64,000 bases of DNA from Myxococcales bacterium. GTDB lineage: Bacteria; Myxococcota; Myxococcia; Myxococcales; UBA5297. Positions 1-9,466 of the stretch are shown here, in pieces (position 1 is the first letter of the stretch; every line of letters begins with the position of its first letter). Below the pieces are notes generated by a model. The model ran no database searches, was not told the origin of the DNA, and saw only the letters and a list, made by a program, of their open reading frames with translations. The translations under genes and the position numbers were made by a program. Location: NCBI GenBank assembly GCA_050288705.1, contig JBNKEI010000191.1, positions 1,823 through 65,822 of the forward strand, given 5' to 3'.

Positions 1-480
1 TATTGTTTGACATGCTGTGCTTTCAAAATCGATCTGCCCTTGCAGATTAACATTCTATCTGTAGATGATAAAACAACATAATGATTAACGGAAAATGAAT
101 GAACCAAGTATTTGTTTGTAACAATTGTAATAGCATTCCTAGGACAGTCGAAGTAGTTGGCTGAGTGTTACCGATTGCGGACCACTGGCTGATCGTTTAT
201 AAGCTTTTCGCTAAAAACGAATCAATCAGACCTTAATAATTCGTCAAGGGATATCCAGGAAGACCAAGGGCGCGAATCTGGGAATCCGCATCTTGGGTAT
301 CAACCTTGGTACCAACCAAGACGCTCGCAATCTGGAGCCGCGCCAAGCGTCCAACTCGTGGATGGCTGCGACCATGGAGGCTGCGTTATTGATGCCATAG
401 CTGGCGTTACTGGTGGGGACTACGAGCGTGCGCGTGAGGCTGCAATTGAACGTGGGTGGGAGGCGGCCCCTATACCCACT

Positions 481-1782
481 CTACTCGGAAAGTGCTTTTG
501 CTGGTGATATTCGGGAAGCTCTCCACGCTGGTAGAAATGCTCCCAAAATTGCCGCAAACACTCCTACGCTCAGGCCGCTCACAACTAAAAGGAAAGAGAA
601 ATTGAAAAATGATTCCGGTTTGAAGGGAAAATCGGGAACATAAGACTGCAATAAGCTATCGAGGATTTTCCCGCCTAAAAAAGCAGCAGCTATTCCTCCT
701 AGGCTGCCCAGAAGCCCCATGCAGGCGGCTTCGGTCAAAACCAAGTGAGTAATATGTGATCGAGTGGCTCCAACTGCGCGTAAAATTCCCAATTCTTTGG
801 AACGAGCCCAAACGCTAGTAGTGAACGAATGGGCAATATTGGAAGCAGCCAATAAACATATTAGTCCGGAAAGTAAAGCTAGTGCTCCAGTGGTAAAAGC
901 TACTGCTGCTCCTATGCGTTCGGCCAGTGCTTTTTCACTTTCATCAACAGCAAAACCTAATTTCTTCACTTGCTGAATTATCTGGGGAATCCTATCTGGG
1001 CTTTGGGCTATTAAGGTGACGCTTGAATAATTATTGTCGATTCCGTATTCTTTATGAAGGCGTTGCACAGTATCTATGGGGATTAATACACCATGAATGG
1101 GAGCACGAGCGGAAAGACCGGCAAAACTTAATCCGGTATGCTTTTCTGGAAAGGAACTTTTGCCTCTCATGTTTCGTCCTAGGCGCAAGGAAATAAGCTC
1201 TACCCCGGAAACCGTTTTTAAAAGAGTTTCTGATATAGGAAATAAACCTTGGGGTTTGGCAAAACTCTTGTTGTACAACTCTAGTAATCGACGAGAAGCA
1301 ATAGTGGGAATTGGTTTCGAAGGACCGGCGTCTTTAAAAGAAACGCCCGATATCAAATCATCGGCAATATACGACTGCTCTACTCCGGTGGCATTTATTG
1401 CCAAGTAAATGCTACGAGGCACACGGAAAGTATTTATTAATATACCTGAGGGACCACCCATGGCCGGAACCTGTAACTCTATTTTGCGAAAAGCCTTTTC
1501 AACCCCCGGAAGAGAAGATAACTGAGTGAACCCTTTCTCGTTGATTTCAGATAAACCCCAAAGGCGGCTTAGAGAAAATGAGGTAGGTACAACCACTTCC
1601 ACTGCGCGAGAGTCTACTGGGAAAATGTGTTTTCGTACTAATTCATTTATTCCACTTCCCAACCCCACAAAAAAAACCAGAGATCCTATTCCAATGGAAA
1701 TTCCTAAGGCGCAGAACGCAGTTCCTTTCCAGTCACGAAGCAGATTAATGCGCAATAGTCTGCAAGCCTTGGAAAAAGTCAT
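481..1782 (-). CDS. ABC transporter permease, FtsX/LolC-E-like
   Basis: 433-aa ORF with an N-terminal TM helix, a long periplasmic segment and a C-terminal multi-TM FtsX-type region (ILRAVGATRSHI...). It lies 1 nt downstream of the ATPase ORF. Confidence 0.75.
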   Translation of the reverse strand: MTFSKACRLLRINLLRDWKGTAFCALGISIGIGSLVFFVGLGSGINELVRKHIFPVDSRAVEVVVPTSFSLSRLWGLSEINEKGFTQLSSLPGVEKAFRKIELQVPAMGGPSGILINTFRVPRSIYLAINATGVEQSYIADDLISGVSFKDAGPSKPIPTIASRRLLELYNKSFAKPQGLFPISETLLKTVSGVELISLRLGRNMRGKSSFPEKHTGLSFAGLSARAPIHGVLIPIDTVQRLHKEYGIDNNYSSVTLIAQSPDRIPQIIQQVKKLGFAVDESEKALAERIGAAVAFTTGALALLSGLICLLAASNIAHSFTTSVWARSKELGILRAVGATRSHITHLVLTEAACMGLLGSLGGIAAAFLGGKILDSLLQSYVPDFPFKPESFFNFSFLLVVSGLSVGVFAAILGAFLPAWRASRISPAKALSE

Positions 1783-1783
1783 T

Positions 1784-2497
1784 TCAAGCTTCCGGCTGAT
1801 TGTTAGGTTTTAGATTGGCAAAACTTGTTTCCGGCACTATTTTGCCTTGAGACAGTCGCATTACTCGATCGGCTAGGCGCGAAATTCTTTCTTCGTGAGT
1901 AACCATAAACAGAGTTATTCCTTCTTGATGAGCAAGTTTTTGGAACAAACTGATAATTTGACTTCCGGTTTCACTGTCAAGATTTCCGGTAGGTTCGTCA
2001 CAAAAAATTACTTTTGGATTGCAATATAAGGCTCGCGCAATAGCCACCCGTTGTCTTTCTCCACCGGAAAGCTCTCGGGGGCGTTGTTGGGTTTTTGATG
2101 CCAATCCCACTTTTTCAAGCAGGGTTTGTGCACGAGTAACGCCCGGAAACTTTTGGTTAGAAGCAAAATAAGAAGGCAATAATACATTTTCCAAAGCAGT
2201 AATCGTAGGTAAAAGATGAAAAGATTGAAATACAAAACCTATAGTTTGATTTCTAAATTCGGCCAAGGCGCGATCAGATAGGCCAGCAAGGTTTACCCCC
2301 GCTATTTCCACATCGCCGCTATAGTCAGAATCTAAACCGCCAGCAATGTGCAATAAGGTACTTTTTCCGCAACCAGATGGGCCTATTATGGCCACCCATT
2401 CGCCTTCTCTTGCCGAAAAGTCAACTCCCTGCAGAATAGGTACTAGCTCGCCTTGGCAGTTGCGGTAACTTTTTTGAATAGCTTTAAAGGTTATCAT
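1784..2497 (-). CDS. ABC transporter ATP-binding protein (LolD/MacB-type)
   Basis: Walker [13 protein letters not shown] signature LSGGERQR, Walker [10 protein letters not shown]-loop VTHE. Confidence 0.9.
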   Translation of the reverse strand: MITFKAIQKSYRNCQGELVPILQGVDFSAREGEWVAIIGPSGCGKSTLLHIAGGLDSDYSGDVEIAGVNLAGLSDRALAEFRNQTIGFVFQSFHLLPTITALENVLLPSYFASNQKFPGVTRAQTLLEKVGLASKTQQRPRELSGGERQRVAIARALYCNPKVIFCDEPTGNLDSETGSQIISLFQKLAHQEGITLFMVTHEERISRLADRVMRLSQGKIVPETSFANLKPNNQPEA

Positions 2498-2518
2498 ATA
2501 GTGTTTTCCTAGTAGAAG

Positions 2519-3295
2519 CTACACCATCAAAATGTCTCCGTTGTGTAATAAAGGAATTTCGCTGGTCTCTGCTTCAAACCAATCAGGATAATGGATTAGG
2601 CGCATTTTCGTGCGAATTGAGTCTGGCAGAGTCAGCAAATCAGCATAAGAAGTATGCACCGGACCAAAGCCTGCTTCATGCACAATTAAATGGGCAGGCG
2701 ATAAAAAATCAATAATTCTCGTATCGAAAGAAGTATCACTTGAATAGCCAAAAATTCGTCCCCCTGCTTCTATTCTTAGAGCGCAGGTAGGAACATGATG
2801 CACTGTTGGCCATGTATGAATACTGAAAGGCCCAATACGAGTTTTCTGGTTCCAGGGCAAAGAAATAGGAATGAAATAATCCTCAAAACAAAGATCCCTT
2901 TTTGTTTTTCCGTTCCAAAGCACCCCCATGCTGGCTTGTAATCGTCCCGTCCACAGCATAGATGTCACTTCTGGGGAAAGGGCCAAAGTCAATCGCTTTT
3001 TCTCGAAAAACATTTTTTGAAAAGCCAGTGCCTCTAAGCCGTTCATATGATCGCCATGAACATGGGTCAACAGCACATGGTTTACATTGGCAGTTGAGAA
3101 CAAAATATCGTTTTGTTTGGCAAACTGGGCCACCAATGCCGAGTAGCGATCTGGGCAATCTATTGCCAAATAAAATCCACCATAAACCAGCAGGAAGGCG
3201 CTAGGAGGATTCTTCAGTGAAAACGCATCACCTACGCCCAAAACCCACACTTCTAGCCGAGGAGCCATTTTTTTCTTTCTCGCCAAACTAGACAA
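2519..3295 (-). CDS. MBL-fold metallo-hydrolase
   Basis: HxHxDH motif (THVHGDH) in a 258-aa ORF. The true start may be the internal Met at 3268 (MAPRLEVWVLG). Confidence 0.7.
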   Translation of the reverse strand: MSSLARKKKMAPRLEVWVLGVGDAFSLKNPPSAFLLVYGGFYLAIDCPDRYSALVAQFAKQNDILFSTANVNHVLLTHVHGDHMNGLEALAFQKMFFEKKRLTLALSPEVTSMLWTGRLQASMGVLWNGKTKRDLCFEDYFIPISLPWNQKTRIGPFSIHTWPTVHHVPTCALRIEAGGRIFGYSSDTSFDTRIIDFLSPAHLIVHEAGFGPVHTSYADLLTLPDSIRTKMRLIHYPDWFEAETSEIPLLHNGDILMV

Positions 3296-3497
3296 CTTCC
3301 GACAACATTATCCGTCCGGTGACGCTTTCAACCTGTCAGGGCTGAAAAATGTAACCGAAGATTAGAGGTTTCTTCCTGTCTATAGCAAGGCATCTTGGTC
3401 TCTAAATGATTTTTTGACGCAGCAACCCTTTACGCCGGCTCAATGTCCTGCCAAGGTAGCGTGTTTTTCAAATTTGAGTTTGATTTGAGGCTTGTCT

Positions 3498-3518
3498 ACG
3501 TGTAGCGGACGTGTAGCG
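3498..3518 (+). promoter_or_regulatory. Tandem direct repeat ACGTGTAGCG-G-ACGTGTAGCG upstream of the HMGCS operon (candidate operator)
   Basis: Two perfect 10-mers (3498-3507 and 3509-3518) lie 34-54 nt upstream of the ATG at 3552. Confidence 0.3.
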
Positions 3519-3551
3519 TGGTGCGAAAACCCGGGGAGTTGGAAAACTAAG

Positions 3552-4598
3552 ATGATGACACCGAATCGAGAAGTGGGGATCGTGGGGTATGGGGCCTACG
3601 TTCCTCGCTATCGCCTTCCTGCTCAGGAAGTTAGCCGAGTGTGGGAAGGGGGCGAAGGAGTGGTGCCGATTGGTGAGAAAGCGGTGCCAGGGCTAGACGA
3701 AGACGTAGTGACCATGTCTATTGAGGCAGCAAGAAACGCTTTGCGTTGCTGCGCGATCAGCCCGGAAAAAATCGGAGCAGTGTGGGTGGGAAGCGAAAGC
3801 CACCCTTACGCTGTAAAGCCAACAAGTACTATTGTTGCCCAAGCTTTGGGGGTAGTCCCGCATACTCTGGCGGCTGACTGGCAATTTGCCTGTAAAGCAG
3901 GAACCGAGACTTTGCAGGGGGCAATTGGTTTAGTTGGATCGGGAATGGCTAATTATGCCTTGGCTATAGGTATGGATACTGCGCAGGGTCGCCCAGGATG
4001 TGCCTTGGAGTACACCGCGGGAGCGGGAGGAGCGGCTTTTGTAGTTGGTCCGGCGCCAGAATCATTGGCGATAATCGAAGGTTCGTATTCTTATGTTACT
4101 GACACTCCGGATTTTTGGCGTCGCCAATATGCGCATTACCCCGAGCATGCTGGTCGCTTTACTGGTGAGCCTGCCTATTTCAAACATATCTGCGCCGCCG
4201 CCAAAGGGCTAATGCATTCATTGGGAACTAAACCGTCTGATTACAGTCAGGTAGTGTTTCACCAACCGAATACCAAATTCCCCCAAAAAGCTGCCCAGGA
4301 GTTGGGTTTTTCTCGTGAGCAACTTGCAACTGGTCTTTTGGCAAATGAAATTGGCAATACCTATGCAGGGGCAGCGCTAATTGGGCTTTCCGCAGTTTTA
4401 GATGTGGTGCAGCCGGGAATGCTAGTATTAGTGGTTTCATTTGGTAGCGGAGCAGGAAGCGATGCGTTTAGTTTGCGCATTACCAAAAAGATTAGCGATA
4501 GACGAGGATTTCCATCCACCCGTCAATATATTAAAAATCGAGTAGTGATTGATTATGCAACCTATGCGCGACATCGCAAGAAAATCGTAATGGAATAA
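3552..4598 (+). CDS. Hydroxymethylglutaryl-CoA synthase-like condensing enzyme (archaeal type)
   Basis: N-terminus [22 protein letters not shown] and overall thiolase-fold condensing-enzyme pattern. I prefer the ATG at 3552 over the upstream alternative start in the ORF track. There is a 1-nt gap to the thiolase gene. Confidence 0.75.
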   Translation: MMTPNREVGIVGYGAYVPRYRLPAQEVSRVWEGGEGVVPIGEKAVPGLDEDVVTMSIEAARNALRCCAISPEKIGAVWVGSESHPYAVKPTSTIVAQALGVVPHTLAADWQFACKAGTETLQGAIGLVGSGMANYALAIGMDTAQGRPGCALEYTAGAGGAAFVVGPAPESLAIIEGSYSYVTDTPDFWRRQYAHYPEHAGRFTGEPAYFKHICAAAKGLMHSLGTKPSDYSQVVFHQPNTKFPQKAAQELGFSREQLATGLLANEIGNTYAGAALIGLSAVLDVVQPGMLVLVVSFGSGAGSDAFSLRITKKISDRRGFPSTRQYIKNRVVIDYATYARHRKKIVME

Positions 4599-4599
4599 T

Positions 4600-5757
4600 A
4601 TGAGAGACGTTTCCATAATCGGAATAGGGCAAGTAAAGGTGGGGGAACATTGGAACCAATCGCTTTCCGAACTGGGTTCCCAAGCTATTCGTCAAGCAGT
4701 GCGTCATGCGCAAGCAGAAAAAATTGATGCTCTGTATGTAGGGAATATGCTTTCTGGTTCGCTTGGAGGCCAGGAACACTTAGGCGCTATGCTCGGTCAC
4801 TGCGCTGGTTTGTCGGGAATAGAAGCGTTCAAAATCGAGGCTGCCTGTGGTTCTTCTGCGGCAGCATTGCGGGTAGGTTACATGGCGGTTGCTGGAGGGT
4901 TGGCTGAGGTGGTGGTAGTTGCCGGAGTGGAAAAAATGACTGACCATTCTGGAGAAAAGGTGACTGCCGCGTTGGCCATGGCTTCCGATGGAGATTATGA
5001 AGCCCAAAATGGGCTGTCTTTCGTGGCTCTTAATGCTTTGTTGATGCGTCGATATATGTATGAATACGGTGTTAAGCACGAAGATTTTGCTCCCTTTGCC
5101 ATTAATGCGCATAAAAATGCCGTATCTAATCCCTATGCGATGTTTTCCGCGCCTATTACGATGGAAGCATTTTGCAAAGCGCGTATGGTGGCTGACCCGG
5201 TGAATCTAATGGATAGCTCGCCGGTTTGCGACGGAGCAGCGGCGGTCGTTCTATGTTCCACTAGCCTGGCGCGTTCTATGAAGGTTAAAGCGGTGCGCAT
5301 TCGCGCTTGTGCGGTGGCCACTGATTCGGTTTCTCTACAGGAGCGTTGTTCTCTGCTAAAAATGGATGCAGTAGAGCGAAGTGCTTTTCGGGCAATGGAG
5401 CAGGCAAAGGTTACCCGTGCCGATATTGACTTGTTCGAAGCACATGATGCTTTTACCATTATGACCGCCTTATCGCTGGAGGCTTGCGGTTTTGCCAAGC
5501 CAGGAAGAGGTGTTTATTTGGGCAGGGAAGGAGAGATTGCTTTGGGGGGGCGCATTCCCATCTCTACCTACGGAGGATTGAAGGCGCGTGGGCATCCAGT
5601 GGGAGCTACCGGAATCTACCAAGTAGTGGAATTGTTTAGACAATTACGTGGAGAGGCTGGTGAAAACCAAGTCCCTTCCGCCCACCTGGGAATGGCGCAA
5701 AATATTGGGGGGAGCGGAGCTACAGTCACTACTACCATTTTGGAATCACTCGACTAA
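4600..5757 (+). CDS. Thiolase (acetyl-CoA acetyltransferase, archaeal/SCP-x-like)
   Basis: Nucleophile motif EAACGSS and C-terminal motifs GHPVGATG and NIGGSGA. 385 aa. Confidence 0.85.
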   Translation: MRDVSIIGIGQVKVGEHWNQSLSELGSQAIRQAVRHAQAEKIDALYVGNMLSGSLGGQEHLGAMLGHCAGLSGIEAFKIEAACGSSAAALRVGYMAVAGGLAEVVVVAGVEKMTDHSGEKVTAALAMASDGDYEAQNGLSFVALNALLMRRYMYEYGVKHEDFAPFAINAHKNAVSNPYAMFSAPITMEAFCKARMVADPVNLMDSSPVCDGAAAVVLCSTSLARSMKVKAVRIRACAVATDSVSLQERCSLLKMDAVERSAFRAMEQAKVTRADIDLFEAHDAFTIMTALSLEACGFAKPGRGVYLGREGEIALGGRIPISTYGGLKARGHPVGATGIYQVVELFRQLRGEAGENQVPSAHLGMAQNIGGSGATVTTTILESLD

Positions 5758-5768
5758 GGACGAATTTT

Positions 5769-6176
5769 ATGGAAGTTCCCCGCCATTGGAGAATCCAACC
5801 ACAGCGTTATTTGCTTGAAGGGTCAGAATGTTCTGCTTGTGGAAAAAAAAGCTTCCCCTTTAAAGAAGTATGTCCTCAGTGCTCACAGACCTCAGCTTCT
5901 TCCTACCTGTTTTCCGGCAAGGGAACGATATATTCCTATTCCACGGTGTTCCATCCTCCCGAAGGTTTTGAAGAATATGTTCCCTACTCGGTAGCGCTAA
6001 TCAAGCTAGAAGAGGGGCCCCTGATCGCGGCTCAGCTTGCCGACGTGGACGCCGAGAAAATTGTTATTGGGATGCCAGTAGAAATGGTCACCCGAAGGCT
6101 GCGTGAGGATGGAAAAAATGGAATGGTAATCTATGGTTACAAGTTTCGTCCAATGAGTCTAGAAAGAAAGCAATAA
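5769..6176 (+). CDS. DUF35 family Zn-ribbon/OB-fold protein
   Basis: CSACGKKSFPFKEVCPQC zinc ribbon followed by an OB-fold-like C-terminus. It is the third gene of the HMGCS-thiolase-DUF35 triad. Confidence 0.8.
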   Translation: MEVPRHWRIQPQRYLLEGSECSACGKKSFPFKEVCPQCSQTSASSYLFSGKGTIYSYSTVFHPPEGFEEYVPYSVALIKLEEGPLIAAQLADVDAEKIVIGMPVEMVTRRLREDGKNGMVIYGYKFRPMSLERKQ

Positions 6177-6896
6177 ATGATTAAAACCTTACTAGTAGTA
6201 CTGGCTTTGGGGAATGCTGGGCTTAATGTCCATTCCGATTCTCCTCCCAAAAAGCAAAAGTATAAAAAATCATCCTTTTCTTCTGCAATGACCCCGGAAG
6301 TCCGGCAGGCAGTGGAAAAAATGCAAAAATTTTACGAAGACACTCGTGATTTTGATGCCAATTTTAAGCAGACCTACAAATACAAAACTTTTGCACGCAA
6401 GACCAAGGCTTCGGGAAGAGTACGATTTATGAAATCAGGCGCTTCTATGCGCTGGGACTATGAAAAACCTAACGAAAAAGTATTTGTTATCGCTGGAGAA
6501 AAAGTTTACGCCTATGATAAAGAAGCCCAGCAACTTACTATTTCGCGCCTGAACTCTGATCGTCTTTCTGCATCTATCACTTTTCTGTGGGGGCAAGGCA
6601 AGCTAACTCATGAATTTATTATTCAGAAATCTACCCGCCAAGACGATCAAAATCGGTTTACTTTGGAATTAACTCCTAAAACCAACGATCCGCGATTTCA
6701 AAAAATTTATTTTGTGTTAGACCCAAACTCCTACTCGGTACGGGAATCATTGGTTATCGACCCCGACGGTAGTGAAAACCATATGCTATTTTCCGAAATT
6801 AAAACTGACACTGGTCTGAGTAGGGCAGATTTTCGTATCAATCCTCCTAAGGGTACCAATATTATTCGTATGGATGGGACTGGTGAAAAAAAATGA
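6177..6896 (+). CDS. LolA-like outer-membrane lipoprotein carrier protein
   Basis: Signal peptide, then the LolA-like pattern FKQTYKY...GRVRFMKSGASMRWDYEKPNEKVFVIAGEKVYAYDKEAQQ. Confidence 0.6.
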   Translation: MIKTLLVVLALGNAGLNVHSDSPPKKQKYKKSSFSSAMTPEVRQAVEKMQKFYEDTRDFDANFKQTYKYKTFARKTKASGRVRFMKSGASMRWDYEKPNEKVFVIAGEKVYAYDKEAQQLTISRLNSDRLSASITFLWGQGKLTHEFIIQKSTRQDDQNRFTLELTPKTNDPRFQKIYFVLDPNSYSVRESLVIDPDGSENHMLFSEIKTDTGLSRADFRINPPKGTNIIRMDGTGEKK

Positions 6897-6969
6897 GCGC
6901 CCGCTTCTCCCTTGTAAGTACCTACAACATGGTATCATACTATCGGTTACCTAGACTAAGGAAGCTACC

Positions 6970-7905
6970 ATGACTATCATTCTTCCAAAAAGTTATCATG
7001 CGCGGCAGGCATTGGAGCGGTCACGGGTAGTATGTATGACTCCGGAAAATGCTGAGCGTCAAGACATTAGACCCCTGCGCATTGGAATTCTAAATGTTAT
7101 GCCCAAGGCAGAAACATATGAATACAGTTTGCTTCAACCGTTAGGTAGATCGATTATTCAAATCGAGCCCTACTGGATTCGTTTAGAAACCCACCGCTAT
7201 TCCAGCAGTAATGAGGAGCATATTCGTAATCTGTATATGACATTTGAAGAAGCTGTCCGTAAACAGCCTTTAGATGGATTAATTATTACTGGGGCGCCGG
7301 TGGAAGAAATTCCTTTTGAGGAAGTGCATTATTGGAGTGAACTTACTCAAATTCTTGCTTATGCGCGCCGCAATGTGGCCTCTACTTTAGGCATTTGTTG
7401 GGGAGGCTTGGCATTGGCAAAAGTTCTAGGAATTGAAAAGGCTCCATTCGAAAAGAAGCTTTTTGGGGTATTTAAAAATCGAAGCTTAGAAAGAGAGCAC
7501 CGCATAACTGGCGATACTGATGACGTGTTTTGGTGTCCTCAAAGCCGCTATGCGGGAATTCCTGATTCGTCGTTGGAAAAAGCTCAAGAAAATGGAATGG
7601 TGCGATTACTCGCCCACGCTCCAGAAACCGGCTACACCATTGTTGAAAGTACCGATCAGCGCTTGCTTATGCATTTAGGGCATCCAGAATACGAGCCAGA
7701 GCGGCTGGTTTTTGAATACCTGAGAGATCGGGAATCGGGTCGTGCCGATGTGCAAGCGCCACTCAATATTGACTTGGAAACACCAATCAATACCTGGCGA
7801 TCGCACCGCAACGAGTTTTTTTCCCAGTGGATCAAATTTGTTTATGAAACCACTAGCTTTGCGCCGGATCGGGCAGCATTTATCTTAAACCAGAGAATAT
7901 CGTGA
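6970..7905 (+). CDS. metA: Homoserine O-acyltransferase (MetA family)
   Basis: Typical MetA N-terminus (PLRIGILNVMP), catalytic Cys context LGICWGG, 311 aa. Confidence 0.9.
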   Translation: MTIILPKSYHARQALERSRVVCMTPENAERQDIRPLRIGILNVMPKAETYEYSLLQPLGRSIIQIEPYWIRLETHRYSSSNEEHIRNLYMTFEEAVRKQPLDGLIITGAPVEEIPFEEVHYWSELTQILAYARRNVASTLGICWGGLALAKVLGIEKAPFEKKLFGVFKNRSLEREHRITGDTDDVFWCPQSRYAGIPDSSLEKAQENGMVRLLAHAPETGYTIVESTDQRLLMHLGHPEYEPERLVFEYLRDRESGRADVQAPLNIDLETPINTWRSHRNEFFSQWIKFVYETTSFAPDRAAFILNQRIS

Positions 7906-7920
7906 ACAGGGGAAAATGGC

Positions 7921-8421
7921 ATGGACGCACTAGAAGTAATTTTTCAACGATCAAGTGCTAGAAAATTTGAAAGCAAGCCTATTGCCAGAGAAATATTGGA
8001 AAAATTGGTCGATGCCGGCCGACTGGCCCCCTCAGCTCGCAATGTGCAGCCATGGGAATTTGTGGTCGTTACTAGCCAAGAAACAATTCGCCAATTGGCG
8101 CAAATGGGAGAAAATGCTCGTTTACTAGAAAAAGCCGCGGCCTGTATTGCCGTTTTTTGTAAAGACACTAAGTACTATTTAGAAGACGGTTGCGCTGCCA
8201 CTGAAAATATTTTGCTGGCCGCCACTTCTCTCGGTATTGGGTCATGTTGGGTGGCGGGAGACAAAAAAGAGTATTGTGAGAACGTTTCTCTTCTTCTGGG
8301 CGTTCCCTCAGCAATTAAACTAGTTTCATTGCTAGCATTTGGGTATCCCCAAAAAAGTGATTATCGGGCGGCCAAGAGACCGTTGTCGGAGGTCATTCAC
8401 TGGGAAAAATTTTCTTCCTAA
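7921..8421 (+). CDS. Nitroreductase family protein
   Basis: RKFESKPI...APSARNVQPWEFVVV pattern, 166 aa. Confidence 0.8.
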   Translation: MDALEVIFQRSSARKFESKPIAREILEKLVDAGRLAPSARNVQPWEFVVVTSQETIRQLAQMGENARLLEKAAACIAVFCKDTKYYLEDGCAATENILLAATSLGIGSCWVAGDKKEYCENVSLLLGVPSAIKLVSLLAFGYPQKSDYRAAKRPLSEVIHWEKFSS

Positions 8422-8573
8422 AATTTTCTTCCTAGATGGGGGGGCAAGTAGGTTATAGTAGTTTAATGATAAACAAATCAGCAAAGCGGCGCTGTGGCGC
8501 TAATTATGCATTCATCATGATTGCAAAAGCTAGGGCATATTCTTCGATGGCGCATTCAAATTATACTGAAGGA

Positions 8574-9413
8574 ATGATGCGGTTCTTGAAGCTAGCATGT
8601 CTTTTGGTAGCAGTGTTCGGCTTTTCTTGTGGTGGCAATGACCCCACCGAATCAGATATTGACCCTGTTGATAATTCTTCGACTGATGCTACGACTGGTA
8701 CTGGCACAACTGGTACTGGCACAACAGGTACTGGCGCAACTGGCTCCCACGATACATCACTTAAACCAACTCTTTATGGCCAACCATACCAAGGCGGTCA
8801 GTTTCATCTCGGCCCAGTCAATTACTCTGAAACTAGCTTCCATAATGCTTGTGCTTCCGAAAAAAAATACCACTCGCGCGTACAGCAAGTAGAAGGTAAT
8901 TTGCTCGTCGGTCTATGGAACGGAATACCGCAGGTATCCAATTATTGCGATGCTTGCATCTATGTAACTAGCAATAAGGGTAAATCGGCACTGCTGCGAG
9001 TGGTAACCTATGGTCCCACAACTCGCAATAGTATCGATTTAAGCCCCGAAGCGTACAAAATTCTCAATTCTGGTGAGTACCCGCGCTCCATGACTTGGCA
9101 ATTCGCTAAATGTCCGAATTCTGGGCCAATTATCTACGAATTCCAGACCAAGTCGAGCGAGTGGTGGACAAGCTTTTGGGTGCGTAATGCGCGCGTGCCC
9201 ATTGCCAAAGTAGAAGTGAAAAGCAAAAACTACCCAAACTGGACTACATTAAACAGAGCCAGCGATGGATCGCTAAGTCGGCGAGGTTTTGGAAAAGGTT
9301 CGTTCTCTATTCGAACAACTGGTATTGATGGCCAAAAAGTGGTGGATACGTTTGCGTGGCCCAGCTCTGGAGTTGGCGGAGTTTTGTTGACTGGTAAAAC
9401 TAACTTTAATTAG
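8574..9413 (+). CDS. Bacterial expansin-like lipoprotein (EXLX1/YoaJ-like DPBB + CBM63-like domains)
   Basis: Lipobox FGFSC after MMRFLKLACLLVAV and a Thr/Gly linker. The C-terminal two thirds align by eye to B. subtilis EXLX1 (IDLSPEAYKIL..., SSEWWTSFWVRNARVPIAKVEV..., GSFSIRTTGIDGQKVVDTF). Confidence 0.6.
   Translation: MMRFLKLACLLVAVFGFSCGGNDPTESDIDPVDNSSTDATTGTGTTGTGTTGTGATGSHDTSLKPTLYGQPYQGGQFHLGPVNYSETSFHNACASEKKYHSRVQQVEGNLLVGLWNGIPQVSNYCDACIYVTSNKGKSALLRVVTYGPTTRNSIDLSPEAYKILNSGEYPRSMTWQFAKCPNSGPIIYEFQTKSSEWWTSFWVRNARVPIAKVEVKSKNYPNWTTLNRASDGSLSRRGFGKGSFSIRTTGIDGQKVVDTFAWPSSGVGGVLLTGKTNFN
8694..8744 (+). repeat. 15-bp tandem repeat (3.4 copies) encoding the (TGTGT) linker
   Basis: actggtactggcaca occurs twice (8694-8708 and 8709-8723), then acaggtactggcgca, then actggc. 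Confidence 0.9.
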
Positions 9414-9466
9414 CCTGAATTCCAATTGTTGCCTTGTTTGTTGTAAACCCATTTTGGGGAAAAGGC

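Noticed and set aside
193-507. Open frame (frame 1, plus strand) encoding ...VQLVDGCDHGGCVIDAIAGVTGGDYERAREAAIERGWEA...
   Set aside because: The sequence looks protein-like, but there is no start codon until a GTG that leaves only 49 aa. It also overlaps the permease stop region. It may be a gene remnant but I cannot support it as a feature.
413-643. 76-aa plus-strand ORF at the window start
   Set aside because: It overlaps the 3' end of the FtsX-like permease gene on the opposite strand and has no motifs.
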